64,000 bases of DNA. Source: an uncultured delta proteobacterium (GTDB lineage Bacteria; Myxococcota_A; Polyangia; Fen-1088). Location of the stretch: positions 2,144,001-2,208,000 of the forward strand of contig CAVYGB010000008.1 in assembly GCA_963767925.1 (NCBI GenBank). The letters run 5' to 3'. The notes beneath the pieces were generated by a model. It was not told where the DNA came from. It worked only from the letters and a program-made list of their open reading frames with translations, and searched no databases. The first letter of the stretch is position 1; the number at the start of each line of letters is the position of its first letter. A program made the position numbers and the translations under genes. Shown one piece after another: positions 18,350-27,787 of the stretch.

Positions 18350-21300
18350 ATGGACACCGATTCGAAACCGACATTGCCTGGCGCGGCGGAACCCGGTGAG
18401 CTCGTCGACCTCGACGGCGGCCGCTTCTACCGCATCTCCCGGGTGGACGACCTTCCACCTTTCCTGGTCACGGTCGCCAGCGACGCCGACCACTGGATGT
18501 TCGTCTCCAGCTCGGGCGCGCTGACCGCCGGGCGGGTCAGCCCCGGGCGGGCGCTGTTCCCTTACACCACCGACGACCGCCTCCACGACAGCGGCGAGAT
18601 CACCGGCCCCCGTACCATCCTGCGCGTGCGCCATCAGGCAGGCTGGCACCTCTGGGAGCCGTTCTCCAGCCGCGGCGCGGGCGCCTTCCGCACCTCCCGC
18701 AGCCTGGCCAGGAGCGTGCACGGCAACCAGCTCCGCTTCGAGGAGACAAACCACGACCTCGGCCTGGGGTTCTCCTACGTCTGGATGCCGAGCGCCCGCT
18801 TCGGGTTCGTCCGGCGGGCCACCCTGCGCAACCTGGGGCGGCACCCGATCGACCTCCAGGTGCTGGACGGCCTGCAGAACCTCCTGCCGGCGGGGGTCGA
18901 GCCGCGCTTTCAGCTCGCATACAGCACCCTCGTCGACGCCTACAAGGAGCAGGAGCTCGATCCGGAGACGCGGCTCGCCCTCTTCCGGCTGGCCTCGATC
19001 CCGGCCGACGCGCCCGAGCCGAGCGAGTCGCTCCGCGCGAACACCGTCTGGGCCACCGGCCTCCTGCCAGAACACGTCTTGCTGTCGGCCCGGCAGCTCG
19101 ACCGGTTCCGGCGGGGACAGCCCCTCTCGACAGAGACCTCGATCCGCGGGCAGCGGGGCGGATACTTCCTGACCGCCGCTTTGACCCTCGCGGGCGCCGG
19201 CAGCCAGCGCTGGTACCTGGTCGCGGAGGTCGAGCAGGACGCCGCCGGCGTGGTCGCGACGTCGCGCCTGTTGCGTTCGACCGGCGACCTGCCCGAGCAG
19301 CTCGAACAGGACGTGGCGGCCGGGACGGAGCGCCTGCGGCGCATCGTGGCCAGCGCCGACGGCTTGCAGGCCAGCGCCGACGAGCTGCTGACCGTCCGCC
19401 ACCAGGCCAACGTTCTTTTCAACTGCATGCGCGGGGGCATCCCGGTCGACGGCTACCACATCGAGCGCCGCGACCTGACCCGCCACCTGGCCACCGCCAA
19501 CCGGCAGCTCGCCACCCGCCAGCGCGCCTTCCTGGAGAGCTTGCCCGAGCGGCTGGACCACCAGGCGCTGCTGGCCGCCGTGCGCGGCGAGGGCGATCCC
19601 GATCTCGAGCGGCTGACCCTGGAATATTTGCCGCTCACCTTCAGCCGTCGGCACGGGGACCCCAGCCGCCCCTGGAATCACTTTGCCATCGCCGTCCGCG
19701 ACCGGTCGGGCCGGCCGATCCTCGACTATCAGGGGAACTGGCGCGACATCTTCCAGAACTGGGAGGCGCTGGCCCGATCGTTTCCCGGCTACCTCGAGAG
19801 CATGATCGCTCGATTCGTCGACGCCTCGACCGCCGACGGCTACAACCCCTTCCGCGTCACCCGCGATGGCTTCGACTGGGAGGTGAAGGACCCCCACGAC
19901 GCCTGGTCGCACATCGGGTACTGGGGCGACCACCAGGTGATCTACCTGCTCCGGCTCCTGGAGCTGTCCGCCCGGCACAACCCGGGGCGGCTGACCCGCC
20001 TGCTCGATCGGGCCGTGTTCACGTACGCCGCGGTCCCTTATCGGATCAAGCCCTACGCTGCCCAGGTCGCCGATCCGCAGGACACCATCGAGTTCGACGA
20101 ACGCGCCCACCGGGCCACGCTGGCCCGCGCCGCCACCATCGGATCCGACGGCAAGCTGATCCTCGACGCCGGCCTCGAGCCCTACCGGGTCAACCTGGTG
20201 GAGAAGCTGCTGGTCATGATCCTGGCCAAGCTCGCCAACTACGTGCCCGAGGCCGGCCTCTGGCTCAGCACCCAGCGGCCGGAGTGGAACGACGCCAACA
20301 ACGCCCTGGTGGGGAACGGCGCCTCGATGGTGACGCTGTATTACCTGCGGCGTTGCCTGGGGTTCCTCAGGACGCTGCTGGCCGAAGACCGCCTCGCCGA
20401 CACCTTCCTCGTGTCGCTCGAGGTGGCCGACCTCTTCGAGCGCACGAGCGAGGTGCTCCGCCGCTTCGAGGGCCACCTGACCGGGCCCCGGTCGGATGGA
20501 CAGCGGCAGCAGATGCTCGACGAGCTCGCCCGCCCGTCCAGTGATTACCGCACCCGCCTCTACAACCAGGGGTTCGCCGGGACCCGCACGCCCTTGACCC
20601 GCGCGGCGATCGACGCCTTCTTCCAGTCGGCCCTGCGCCACCTCGACCACAGCATCCGGGCCAACCGGCGCGAAGATGGCCTGTACCACGCCTACAACCT
20701 CATCAAACGCGGCCCCGGCGGCATCCAGATCCGGCGCCTCCCCGAGATGCTCGAGGGACAGGTGGCGGTGCTCAGCTCGGGCGCCCTCTCCCGGGTCGCG
20801 GCGCTGTCGCTCCTGGATGCCCTGCGGGCGAGCCGCCTCTACCGGCCCGATCAGGAGAGCTATCTGCTCTATCCCGACCGCCAGCTCCCCCGTTTCCTGG
20901 AGAAGAACCGCCTGCCGCCGGAGAGCGTCGCCGCCTCCGCCCTGCTGAGCGCCATGGTCGCCGAGGGGGACACCCGCATCGTGAACCAGGACGCCGACGG
21001 CGGGGTGCACTTCCACGCCGATTTTCGCAACGCCCGGGCCCTCGGGCAGGCGCTCGACGCTCTGGCCGGCTCCCCCCACGCGGACCTGGCGGCCGCCGAG
21101 CGCACGGCGCTGCTGGATCTGTACGAGCGGGTCTTCGACCACCAGTCGTTCACCGGCCGCTCGGGCAGCTTCTTCAAGTACGAGGGGCTGGGCTGCATCT
21201 ACTGGCACATGGTCAGCAAGCTGCTGCTGGCGATCCAGGAGGTGCTGGATGGCGAGGGACGCCCGGGCGCCCCGGACGCCGACGGGGCCGAGGCCAGCGA

Positions 21301-21817
21301 CCTGGTGCCCCGGCTGCGCGCGCACTACCACGCCGTCCGGGAGGGCCTGGGCAGCCACAAGCCACCGGCCGTCCACGGCGCCTTCCCCATCGATCCCTAC
21401 TCTCACACGCCCGGCCACGCCGGGGCCCAGCAGCCGGGCCTGACCGGGCAGGTCAAGGAAGACATCGTCGCGCGCCTGCGCGAGCTGGGCGTGCGGGTCG
21501 AAGGGGGGACCATCCGCTTCGACCCCGTCCTGTTGCGAGTCAGCGAGCTCCTGAAGGCGCCCGGCCGCTTCGACTACCTCGACGTCGGGGGCACCTGGCG
21601 CAGCCTGGCCCTCCCCGCCGGCAGCCTGGCCTTCACCCTGTGCCAGGTCCCGGTGCTCTATCGGGCCGGCGAGCGCCCCCACCTGGCGCTCACCCGCAGC
21701 GACGGCACCTGTCTGCCGGCGGAGGGCAACGTCCTCGGGCCGGAGCCGACCCGTGCGCTCTTCGACCGGACGGGCGAGGTCCGGCAGATCGAGGTCTGGA
21801 TCGCGGTGAACCCATGA
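18350..21817 (+). CDS. GH149-like beta-1,3-glucan (laminaridextrin) phosphorylase
   Basis: ~1155 aa, no signal peptide. Motifs LPLTFSRRHGDPSRPWN, YQGNWRDIFQNWEAL, WSHIGYWGDHQVIYL, TQRPEWNDANNALVGNG, FTGRSGSFFKYEGLGCIYWHMVSKL, FPIDPYSHTP...GAQQPGLTGQVKED. Lies among beta-1,3-glucanase genes. Confidence 0.85.
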   Translation: MDTDSKPTLPGAAEPGELVDLDGGRFYRISRVDDLPPFLVTVASDADHWMFVSSSGALTAGRVSPGRALFPYTTDDRLHDSGEITGPRTILRVRHQAGWHLWEPFSSRGAGAFRTSRSLARSVHGNQLRFEETNHDLGLGFSYVWMPSARFGFVRRATLRNLGRHPIDLQVLDGLQNLLPAGVEPRFQLAYSTLVDAYKEQELDPETRLALFRLASIPADAPEPSESLRANTVWATGLLPEHVLLSARQLDRFRRGQPLSTETSIRGQRGGYFLTAALTLAGAGSQRWYLVAEVEQDAAGVVATSRLLRSTGDLPEQLEQDVAAGTERLRRIVASADGLQASADELLTVRHQANVLFNCMRGGIPVDGYHIERRDLTRHLATANRQLATRQRAFLESLPERLDHQALLAAVRGEGDPDLERLTLEYLPLTFSRRHGDPSRPWNHFAIAVRDRSGRPILDYQGNWRDIFQNWEALARSFPGYLESMIARFVDASTADGYNPFRVTRDGFDWEVKDPHDAWSHIGYWGDHQVIYLLRLLELSARHNPGRLTRLLDRAVFTYAAVPYRIKPYAAQVADPQDTIEFDERAHRATLARAATIGSDGKLILDAGLEPYRVNLVEKLLVMILAKLANYVPEAGLWLSTQRPEWNDANNALVGNGASMVTLYYLRRCLGFLRTLLAEDRLADTFLVSLEVADLFERTSEVLRRFEGHLTGPRSDGQRQQMLDELARPSSDYRTRLYNQGFAGTRTPLTRAAIDAFFQSALRHLDHSIRANRREDGLYHAYNLIKRGPGGIQIRRLPEMLEGQVAVLSSGALSRVAALSLLDALRASRLYRPDQESYLLYPDRQLPRFLEKNRLPPESVAASALLSAMVAEGDTRIVNQDADGGVHFHADFRNARALGQALDALAGSPHADLAAAERTALLDLYERVFDHQSFTGRSGSFFKYEGLGCIYWHMVSKLLLAIQEVLDGEGRPGAPDADGAEASDLVPRLRAHYHAVREGLGSHKPPAVHGAFPIDPYSHTPGHAGAQQPGLTGQVKEDIVARLRELGVRVEGGTIRFDPVLLRVSELLKAPGRFDYLDVGGTWRSLALPAGSLAFTLCQVPVLYRAGERPHLALTRSDGTCLPAEGNVLGPEPTRALFDRTGEVRQIEVWIAVNP

Positions 21818-23211
21818 ACACGAACAACGGGAAGCTGTCCTTGCAGGAGAAGGTGGGGTACGCCCTCGGTGACACCGCCTCGAACTTCTACTGGAAGACC
21901 TTCGAGTTCTTCCTGCTGATCTTCTACACCGACGTCTTCGGCCTCTCGCCCGCCATGGCGGGGACCATGTTCCTCGTGACCCGGGTCTTCGACGCCCTCA
22001 TCGATCCGGTGATGGGCGCCATCGCCGACCGCACCCGCACCCCCTGGGGCCGCTTCCGGCCTTACCTGCTCTGGGGCGCGTTGCCCCTCGCGGTGGCCGG
22101 CGTGTTGACCTTCACCACGCCCGACCTCGACGGCGAGGGCAAGCTGGTCTACGCCTTCCTCACCTACGGGTTCATGATGGTGGCCTACACGGTCGTCAAC
22201 ATCCCCTACTCCGCTCTCATGGGCGTGGCCACCTCGGACAGCCAGGATCGGACCGCGCTGTCCTCGATCCGCTTCATCGGCGGCTTCACCGGGGGGGTCA
22301 TCGTGGTGGCGGCCATGCCCTGGATGGTGCGCACCCTGGGCGCGGGCAACGCCGCCCGCGGCTGGCAGCTCGCCATGATCATCTGGGGCATCCTGGCGGC
22401 CGGGCTGTTCGTGGCCTGCTTCGCCCTCACCCGGGAGCGGGTCTCGCCACCCGCCGAGCAGCGGGCGGATCTCCGGCGCGAGCTCGTGGATCTGGTCACC
22501 AACCGGCCCTGGCTGGTGATGTTCCTGCTCGGCATCGTCACCCTGACCTCGTTCATCACCCGCGGCCAGACCACCGCCTTCTATTTCAAATATTACGTGG
22601 GCAACGAGGCCCTCACCGGTGTCTTCATCTCCAGCGGGATGATCGCCGGCATCGTGGGGATCGCGCTCACCGCGCCCCTGAGCCGGATCTTCGGGGGCAA
22701 GAAGAACCTGTTCTGCGTGCTGATGGCGGTGTCGGGGTCGCTCACCCTGGTCTTCTATTTCATCCCCCCCGATCGCCCGGGGCTCATCATCGGCTTCAAC
22801 ATCCTGATCGTCTTCATCCAGGGGCCGAACTCGCCGCTGGTCTGGGCCATGTATGCCGACACGGCCGACTACGGAGAGTGGAGCAACGGGCGCCGCAACA
22901 CCGGCCTGATCTTCGCGGCCGCCACCATGGCCCAGAAGGGCGGCGGCGCCCTGGCCGGGATGCTCAACGGGCTGCTGCTGACCGCCTTCGGCTACGTGGC
23001 CAACGTGGAGCAGAGCGCCCGCTCCCTGGCCGGCATCCGCCTCAGCATGAGCCTGGTGCCCGGCGCGCTCTGCATCGTGGCGGCGGCGATCACCCTCATC
23101 TACACCCTCGACGATCGCACCATGAAGCGGATCGAGCGCGACCTCCTGGCCCGCCGGGCCAGCGCACGCCCCGAGGATCCCGAGGGACCGCTGCGTCCCG
23201 TGGTCGCCTAG
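21814..23211 (+). CDS. GPH-family (MelB/XynP-like) glycoside:cation symporter, MFS
   Basis: ATGA overlap with the upstream gene. Motifs EKVGYALGD, FYTDVFGLSPA, DPVMGAIADRTRTPWGRFRPYLL, NIPYSALM, WAMYADTADYGEW. About 12 TM segments. Confidence 0.93.
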   Translation: MNTNNGKLSLQEKVGYALGDTASNFYWKTFEFFLLIFYTDVFGLSPAMAGTMFLVTRVFDALIDPVMGAIADRTRTPWGRFRPYLLWGALPLAVAGVLTFTTPDLDGEGKLVYAFLTYGFMMVAYTVVNIPYSALMGVATSDSQDRTALSSIRFIGGFTGGVIVVAAMPWMVRTLGAGNAARGWQLAMIIWGILAAGLFVACFALTRERVSPPAEQRADLRRELVDLVTNRPWLVMFLLGIVTLTSFITRGQTTAFYFKYYVGNEALTGVFISSGMIAGIVGIALTAPLSRIFGGKKNLFCVLMAVSGSLTLVFYFIPPDRPGLIIGFNILIVFIQGPNSPLVWAMYADTADYGEWSNGRRNTGLIFAAATMAQKGGGALAGMLNGLLLTAFGYVANVEQSARSLAGIRLSMSLVPGALCIVAAAITLIYTLDDRTMKRIERDLLARRASARPEDPEGPLRPVVA

Positions 23212-23305
23212 CCGACGCCGCCGCTCGGGAAGAAACCGCTCGGTGTCGGACCCTGAACATCCGGTCGCGGGGTCGATGGTGCCGCCGCGTCGAAAGGGGA
23301 TCGTC

Positions 23306-24076
23306 ATGACCGTGTCCAGGCGTCGCTCACACACGTGCAGATTTCTTCTGGCCTTCGCGCTCGCCGCTGCCGCCTGCGGTCCGGACGCCACCACCGGAAG
23401 CGAGCCGCTAGTGGGCGGCAACACCGGCAGCTCCGGCGGCGCTGGAGGGACTGCGCCCCCGCCGACCGGCGGCGCGGGGCCCGCCCCCAGCACGGGCGGG
23501 GTGGCTTTGCCGATGTCGGTCACCGCCCAGTTCCAGAACCAGGGCTGGTTCGCCGACCCGAGCGTGGAGATGTTCTTCGCGGGCGGGATGGTCATCCGCC
23601 AGGTCGACGGCACGACCGGGCCCTGTGCCGCCCGTTTGCCCCAGGTCCGCGGCAAGTGCGTGAAGGTCACCTACACGCCTCCGGCCGGGCTGGTGCCGCC
23701 GCCGACCGGCGGCTGGGTGGGCGTCTACTTTCTCACCACGGCGAACAACGATCACCCCGAAGCCACCCCGCCCGTCCGGGTCGGAGAGGCCAACTGGGGC
23801 ATCGAGCCAGGGCTCAACATAGCCCCCGGCGCGACGAAGATCTCCTTCCTGGCCGCGGCCGATGAGGAGGGGGTGGCCGTCTCGTTCAAGGCCGGCACCG
23901 ACAAGGACACCTTCACCGTCCAGGAGCAGCGCCAGGTGCTCGGCACGGCCTGGAAGCGCCACGAGCTACCGGTCAGCGGCGTCTACGGCAGCAGCGTGAT
24001 CGGTGGCTTCGCCTGGGTCCTCGGCGACACGACCAGGCCAGCGACGTTTTACCTCGACAACATCGTATGGGAGTAG
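23306..24076 (+). CDS. Lipoprotein consisting of a single CBM-like domain (paralog of the domain in the thaumatin fusion)
   Basis: AAAGGGG RBS, lipobox AAAC, Gly/Thr/Pro linker. Domain GWFAD...GPCAAR...CVKVTYTPP...NWGIEPG...FKAGTDKD...IGGFAW...TFYLDNIVWE. Confidence 0.8.
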   Translation: MTVSRRRSHTCRFLLAFALAAAACGPDATTGSEPLVGGNTGSSGGAGGTAPPPTGGAGPAPSTGGVALPMSVTAQFQNQGWFADPSVEMFFAGGMVIRQVDGTTGPCAARLPQVRGKCVKVTYTPPAGLVPPPTGGWVGVYFLTTANNDHPEATPPVRVGEANWGIEPGLNIAPGATKISFLAAADEEGVAVSFKAGTDKDTFTVQEQRQVLGTAWKRHELPVSGVYGSSVIGGFAWVLGDTTRPATFYLDNIVWE

Positions 24077-25323
24077 CAGCCCGCCCACCCGGTCATGGCT
24101 CGACCGGCGCCCTGATCGTCGCGATCATGTCCACGGCCTGCATCTCACCGCTCGAGGGGGTCGCCCGCCGCGGGGGGGGCGCGCCGGTCGCGCCGCTGCC
24201 CGCTCAGGATGCGGCGGCCACCCCCGGCCCCCCGGCCCGCCCCGGAGACGGTGGGCCGTCGCCGGCCGACGCCCGGGTCCCCCCGCCCATCCCGGGAGGT
24301 GACGCCGGCGCCGCTCCCCCATCCCCGCCGGCAAGCCCAACGGCGGAGGGGATCGCGTCGGCGTCGGTGGTTGGCTTCGAGCTGCTGGTCCGCTGGCGCA
24401 ACCCCGACGGCAGCGTCACCCCGCCGGTCCCCTTCGACATCCGGGGCGTCTCCTGGAGCCCCGCCGACCGGGGCAGCCTCCGGCCCCTCGAGGCCGACTA
24501 CCGGCGGGCCGCCGATCGCGATCTGCCGCTCATGCGGGCGGCCAGCATCAACGTGGTCAAGACCTACGGTCCCCTCGACGCCGCCACCCTCGACGAGCTC
24601 CTGGCCCACGGCATCTTCGCCATCATCACCGTGTTCACCGCCGAGGGGAACGTCTTCGAGCCGGTGGTGCAAACGCTCCGCGATCACCCGGCCGTGCTGA
24701 TGTGGATGGTCGGCAATGAGTGGAACCTGAACCGCCTCTACCAGACCTGCACCGGGGACGCCTGCTCCGCCCGCGTCGAGGCGGTCGCGCGGCGGATCAA
24801 GCAGCTCGACCCCCGCCACCCGGTGGCCACCTCCTTCGCCCCCTCCGGAGAGCTGCCCGGCGAGGCCGACCTGCGCCGCTTGCCCAGCGTCGACGTCTGG
24901 GGCCTCAACATCTACTCGCAGCCCGGGTTCTTCAACCGCTTCAACAACTGGCGCCTGCTCGCTCAGCAGACCGGGATTCGCAAGCCCTTCTTCCTGAGCG
25001 AATACGGCGCCGACGCCTACGACAACCTGAACGGGCGGCCCGACCTGGAGGCGCAGGCCCAGGCCCTGCGCCGCCAGACCGCGGAGATCCGGATCCAGCT
25101 CAGCGCCCACAACCCCGCCTTCCCTTGCCTGGGCGGCACCCCCTTCGAATGGAACGACGAGTGGTGGAAGCGGGGCAACCCCGGGGCCCAGGACGCGGGG
25201 GGCTTCGCCAACGACGGGGTGGCCGCCGACCGCTTCGCCAACGAGGAGTGGTGGGGAATCGTCGATGTCGAGCGCAATCCGCGTCCCGCCTATCAGGTGT
25301 TGAAGGAGCTGTACGCCAAATGA
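24067..25323 (+). CDS. Clan GH-A TIM-barrel glycoside hydrolase lipoprotein (GH2-TIM/GH158-like; candidate beta-1,3-glucanase)
   Basis: Lipobox STAC. IRGVSWSP, INVVKTY, acid/base motif WMVGNEWN, DVWGLNIY, nucleophile motif FFLSEYGADAY, FEWNDEWWK, NEEWWGIVD. Confidence 0.8.
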   Translation: MGVAARPPGHGSTGALIVAIMSTACISPLEGVARRGGGAPVAPLPAQDAAATPGPPARPGDGGPSPADARVPPPIPGGDAGAAPPSPPASPTAEGIASASVVGFELLVRWRNPDGSVTPPVPFDIRGVSWSPADRGSLRPLEADYRRAADRDLPLMRAASINVVKTYGPLDAATLDELLAHGIFAIITVFTAEGNVFEPVVQTLRDHPAVLMWMVGNEWNLNRLYQTCTGDACSARVEAVARRIKQLDPRHPVATSFAPSGELPGEADLRRLPSVDVWGLNIYSQPGFFNRFNNWRLLAQQTGIRKPFFLSEYGADAYDNLNGRPDLEAQAQALRRQTAEIRIQLSAHNPAFPCLGGTPFEWNDEWWKRGNPGAQDAGGFANDGVAADRFANEEWWGIVDVERNPRPAYQVLKELYAK

Positions 25324-25946
25324 ACAGGAAAAATCGTCGTGTCCACGCCCAGCCACTCGCCGCCGGGCTCGCCCTGGCTACCTTCGGAGCGATCGGCTGC
25401 GTGTCCCCCGCCGAGCCACCCCTCGAGCCGATCGAGATCCCCTTCGCGGTGTCCGACTACTACTCGCCCGACGGCTTCTTCGGGGACGGCGAGACCCGCG
25501 GCCTCATGGACGTGACGAAGGTCTGCCCGGATCGCGTCCCCGGCGCCCGCGGCGACTGTTACACGGTCACCTACCAGCCGGGCGCCCGCCGCTTCGGCGG
25601 CGTCTACTGGCAATACCCCCACAACAACTGGGGCTACTGGCCGGGCCACCAGGTGGCCGGCGGGGCGAACCGGATCCGGTTTCGCGCCCGCGGCGCCCGG
25701 GGCGGCGAAGGGGTGACGGCCGGCGCGGGACAGACCAACACCCCCAACAGCCACAACGACAGCTTCCGTCTGGAGGAGGCCACCTTCGCCCTGACTGACC
25801 GCTGGACCGAACACGAAGTCCCCTTCCGGGGCGCGGCCTACGGCGGGACCAGCGGCGTCATCGGCGCCTTCCTCGTCACCCTCATCGCGCCCGACGACGA
25901 CAAACCCACCGTCGTCCACCTCGACGACATCCGGTGGGCGCCATGA
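25320..25946 (+). CDS. Lipoprotein consisting of a single CBM-like domain (third, more divergent copy)
   Basis: ATGA overlap, lipobox AIGC. PDGFFGDG...CPDR...GDCYTVTY...GGVYWQYPHNNWG...IRFRARGARGGE...LTDRW...IGAF...VHLDDIRW. Confidence 0.8.
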   Translation: MNRKNRRVHAQPLAAGLALATFGAIGCVSPAEPPLEPIEIPFAVSDYYSPDGFFGDGETRGLMDVTKVCPDRVPGARGDCYTVTYQPGARRFGGVYWQYPHNNWGYWPGHQVAGGANRIRFRARGARGGEGVTAGAGQTNTPNSHNDSFRLEEATFALTDRWTEHEVPFRGAAYGGTSGVIGAFLVTLIAPDDDKPTVVHLDDIRWAP

Positions 25947-27787
25947 AGGAAGCCAAGATGAGCCGGGCGAAGATGAAGCGGGTACATGAAGGGAGGAGCG
26001 CGATGAGGGCGCGGCTCCCGAGGGCGGCGATCGCGGCGGTCGCGGCCCTGGTGGCCGCCCGCCTGGCGCCGGCCCAGGCCCAGCCCCCGCCCCCCCGGGC
26101 CAACCCCTTCGCCTGCCTGGGCGAGGGCGACGCCCTCTCGCGGGGGATGACCACCGAGGAGATGCGGTCCGAGATCGACAAGCGCCTGGCCCATCCCTTC
26201 CAGCCAGAGAGCGCCGGCCCCGAGGGGCAGGTGGAGGTGGCTCGCCACCACTGCGTGACCGCCGAGCTGATGCGCCGGGTGGGTGACGTGCGGGCCCCGG
26301 ACTATTACGCCCGGGCCATCGCCAGCGACCCCGCCGAGCCGGGCATGGACCTCTGGTACGGCTACTACATGCGCAACGTGCGCGGACCCCGGCACGCCAT
26401 GGTGGAGGAGGCGGAGCTGCACCACCACGCCGCCCTCGACAAGCTGCGGGCCCTGCGCGCGCAGAACGCGGCCCTGGACTTCGACGACGTGACCGAGGCC
26501 TGGGTGCGCCGCGGCCTCATGAACCTGTACCAGGAGGACGGGCTCCCGCTGCTGCGGGCCAAGGCCTTCCCCTACGCCCGCAACGGCGCCCGCCAGATCG
26601 GCGCCTCCCTCACCGCCATCTTGCGCGCCTCGGCCGACACGAACGAGTTCGGCTCGATCGACGACAGCCGGCGCTACGCCGCCGAGGCCCAGTTCGCCGG
26701 CTCCCCCCAGCGGCTCAACCGCCCGCTCGATCCGCAGGAGCTGCGCGGGATCATCCGCACGCCCTTCCGCTACGGGCTGTTCAGCCGCCTGCGCCTGCGC
26801 CTGCCCTGGATCGGGGCCCTCGACGCCAGCTACGAATATTTTCGCGCGCCCGACAGTCAGATCGGCGCCTACACCGAGCCGAACCGGTTCACCAACGTGG
26901 CGGTGGACAGCTTCTCGGTCGGCTGGAAACGCACCCTCGATCTCCACCCGGTGTTCGACCTCCTCCTCGACGTCGCCTACCGCCGGGTCGAGCGCACCGG
27001 CGTCGTGGAGTGGTATCCCCAGCTCCGCGAGGGGGTGAACCTGCTGGAGCTGCGGCCGGCGGTGGCCCGCTTCATCGGCCCCGACAAGCTGCTGCTGGGC
27101 ATGAACTACGTGTACATGCAGATCCCCACCGTCCCGGGCGGGGCGGTCTCGGACCGGGTGCGGGCCCGGGCCATCCGGGCCTTTTACGCCGACTACGCGG
27201 TCTACCGGCAGCTCCTGCTGCCCGACCCCACCACCTGGGAGCTGAAGCGACGGGCCACCCGCGGCTTGCACTTCTACGGAGGCTACGCCATGGACGACGA
27301 GGCCTTCGGCGTGCGGGTCTCCTACCGGCGCGACAGCTACGGCGGCATCAGCCTGCGCGGGGTGGGCGCCTTCGACTTCACCTTGCAAGGGAGCGTGCTG
27401 GCCTCCGACAGCACCGAGGACCGCCGCGGCGTCGGGGGGGACATCGTGCGGGTGCTGGACCAGGCCCAGGTGATCCGTCAGGTGCGCCCCACCTTCGTCC
27501 TGCTCTACCGCCTCCTCGACGAGGAGGCGATCCCCGACCTGCCCAGGACGCCCCTGGCGGGGCTCAACCTCGTCATCCCGGTGCGGGCCGACTTCGCCTA
27601 CCGGGGTACCGACGCGTTCGACAACGTTCGCGGCGGCGCCGAGGTCTGGAGCAAGCTCGTCAGCACCGGCCTGCGCGGGACCAACTTCCTGCTGACCGCC
27701 GGCTACGAGGCGCAGCTGTTCCATCGCCTGTCCCGGGTGATCCACATGGGCCGGGTCGAGCTGCGCATGGGCTGGGGGCGCCTGTGA
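25943..27787 (+). CDS. Hypothetical protein, predicted outer-membrane beta-barrel with an N-terminal helical/TPR-like domain
   Basis: ATGA overlap at 25943; alternative start at 26003 after GGGAGGAG. Signal peptide ending PAQA. Many alternating aromatic/hydrophobic strands (FSVGWKRTLDL, LLLGMNYVYMQI, LHFYGGYAMD, FDFTLQGSVL, LLTAGYEAQLF, RVELRMGW). Confidence 0.65.
   Translation: MKEAKMSRAKMKRVHEGRSAMRARLPRAAIAAVAALVAARLAPAQAQPPPPRANPFACLGEGDALSRGMTTEEMRSEIDKRLAHPFQPESAGPEGQVEVARHHCVTAELMRRVGDVRAPDYYARAIASDPAEPGMDLWYGYYMRNVRGPRHAMVEEAELHHHAALDKLRALRAQNAALDFDDVTEAWVRRGLMNLYQEDGLPLLRAKAFPYARNGARQIGASLTAILRASADTNEFGSIDDSRRYAAEAQFAGSPQRLNRPLDPQELRGIIRTPFRYGLFSRLRLRLPWIGALDASYEYFRAPDSQIGAYTEPNRFTNVAVDSFSVGWKRTLDLHPVFDLLLDVAYRRVERTGVVEWYPQLREGVNLLELRPAVARFIGPDKLLLGMNYVYMQIPTVPGGAVSDRVRARAIRAFYADYAVYRQLLLPDPTTWELKRRATRGLHFYGGYAMDDEAFGVRVSYRRDSYGGISLRGVGAFDFTLQGSVLASDSTEDRRGVGGDIVRVLDQAQVIRQVRPTFVLLYRLLDEEAIPDLPRTPLAGLNLVIPVRADFAYRGTDAFDNVRGGAEVWSKLVSTGLRGTNFLLTAGYEAQLFHRLSRVIHMGRVELRMGWGRL

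Noticed and set aside
23221..23243. Direct repeat CCGCTCGG-N7-CCGCTCGG upstream of the CBM-like lipoprotein gene
   Set aside because: An 8-bp GC-rich repeat can arise by chance, and I saw no second copy at the other promoters of the locus.
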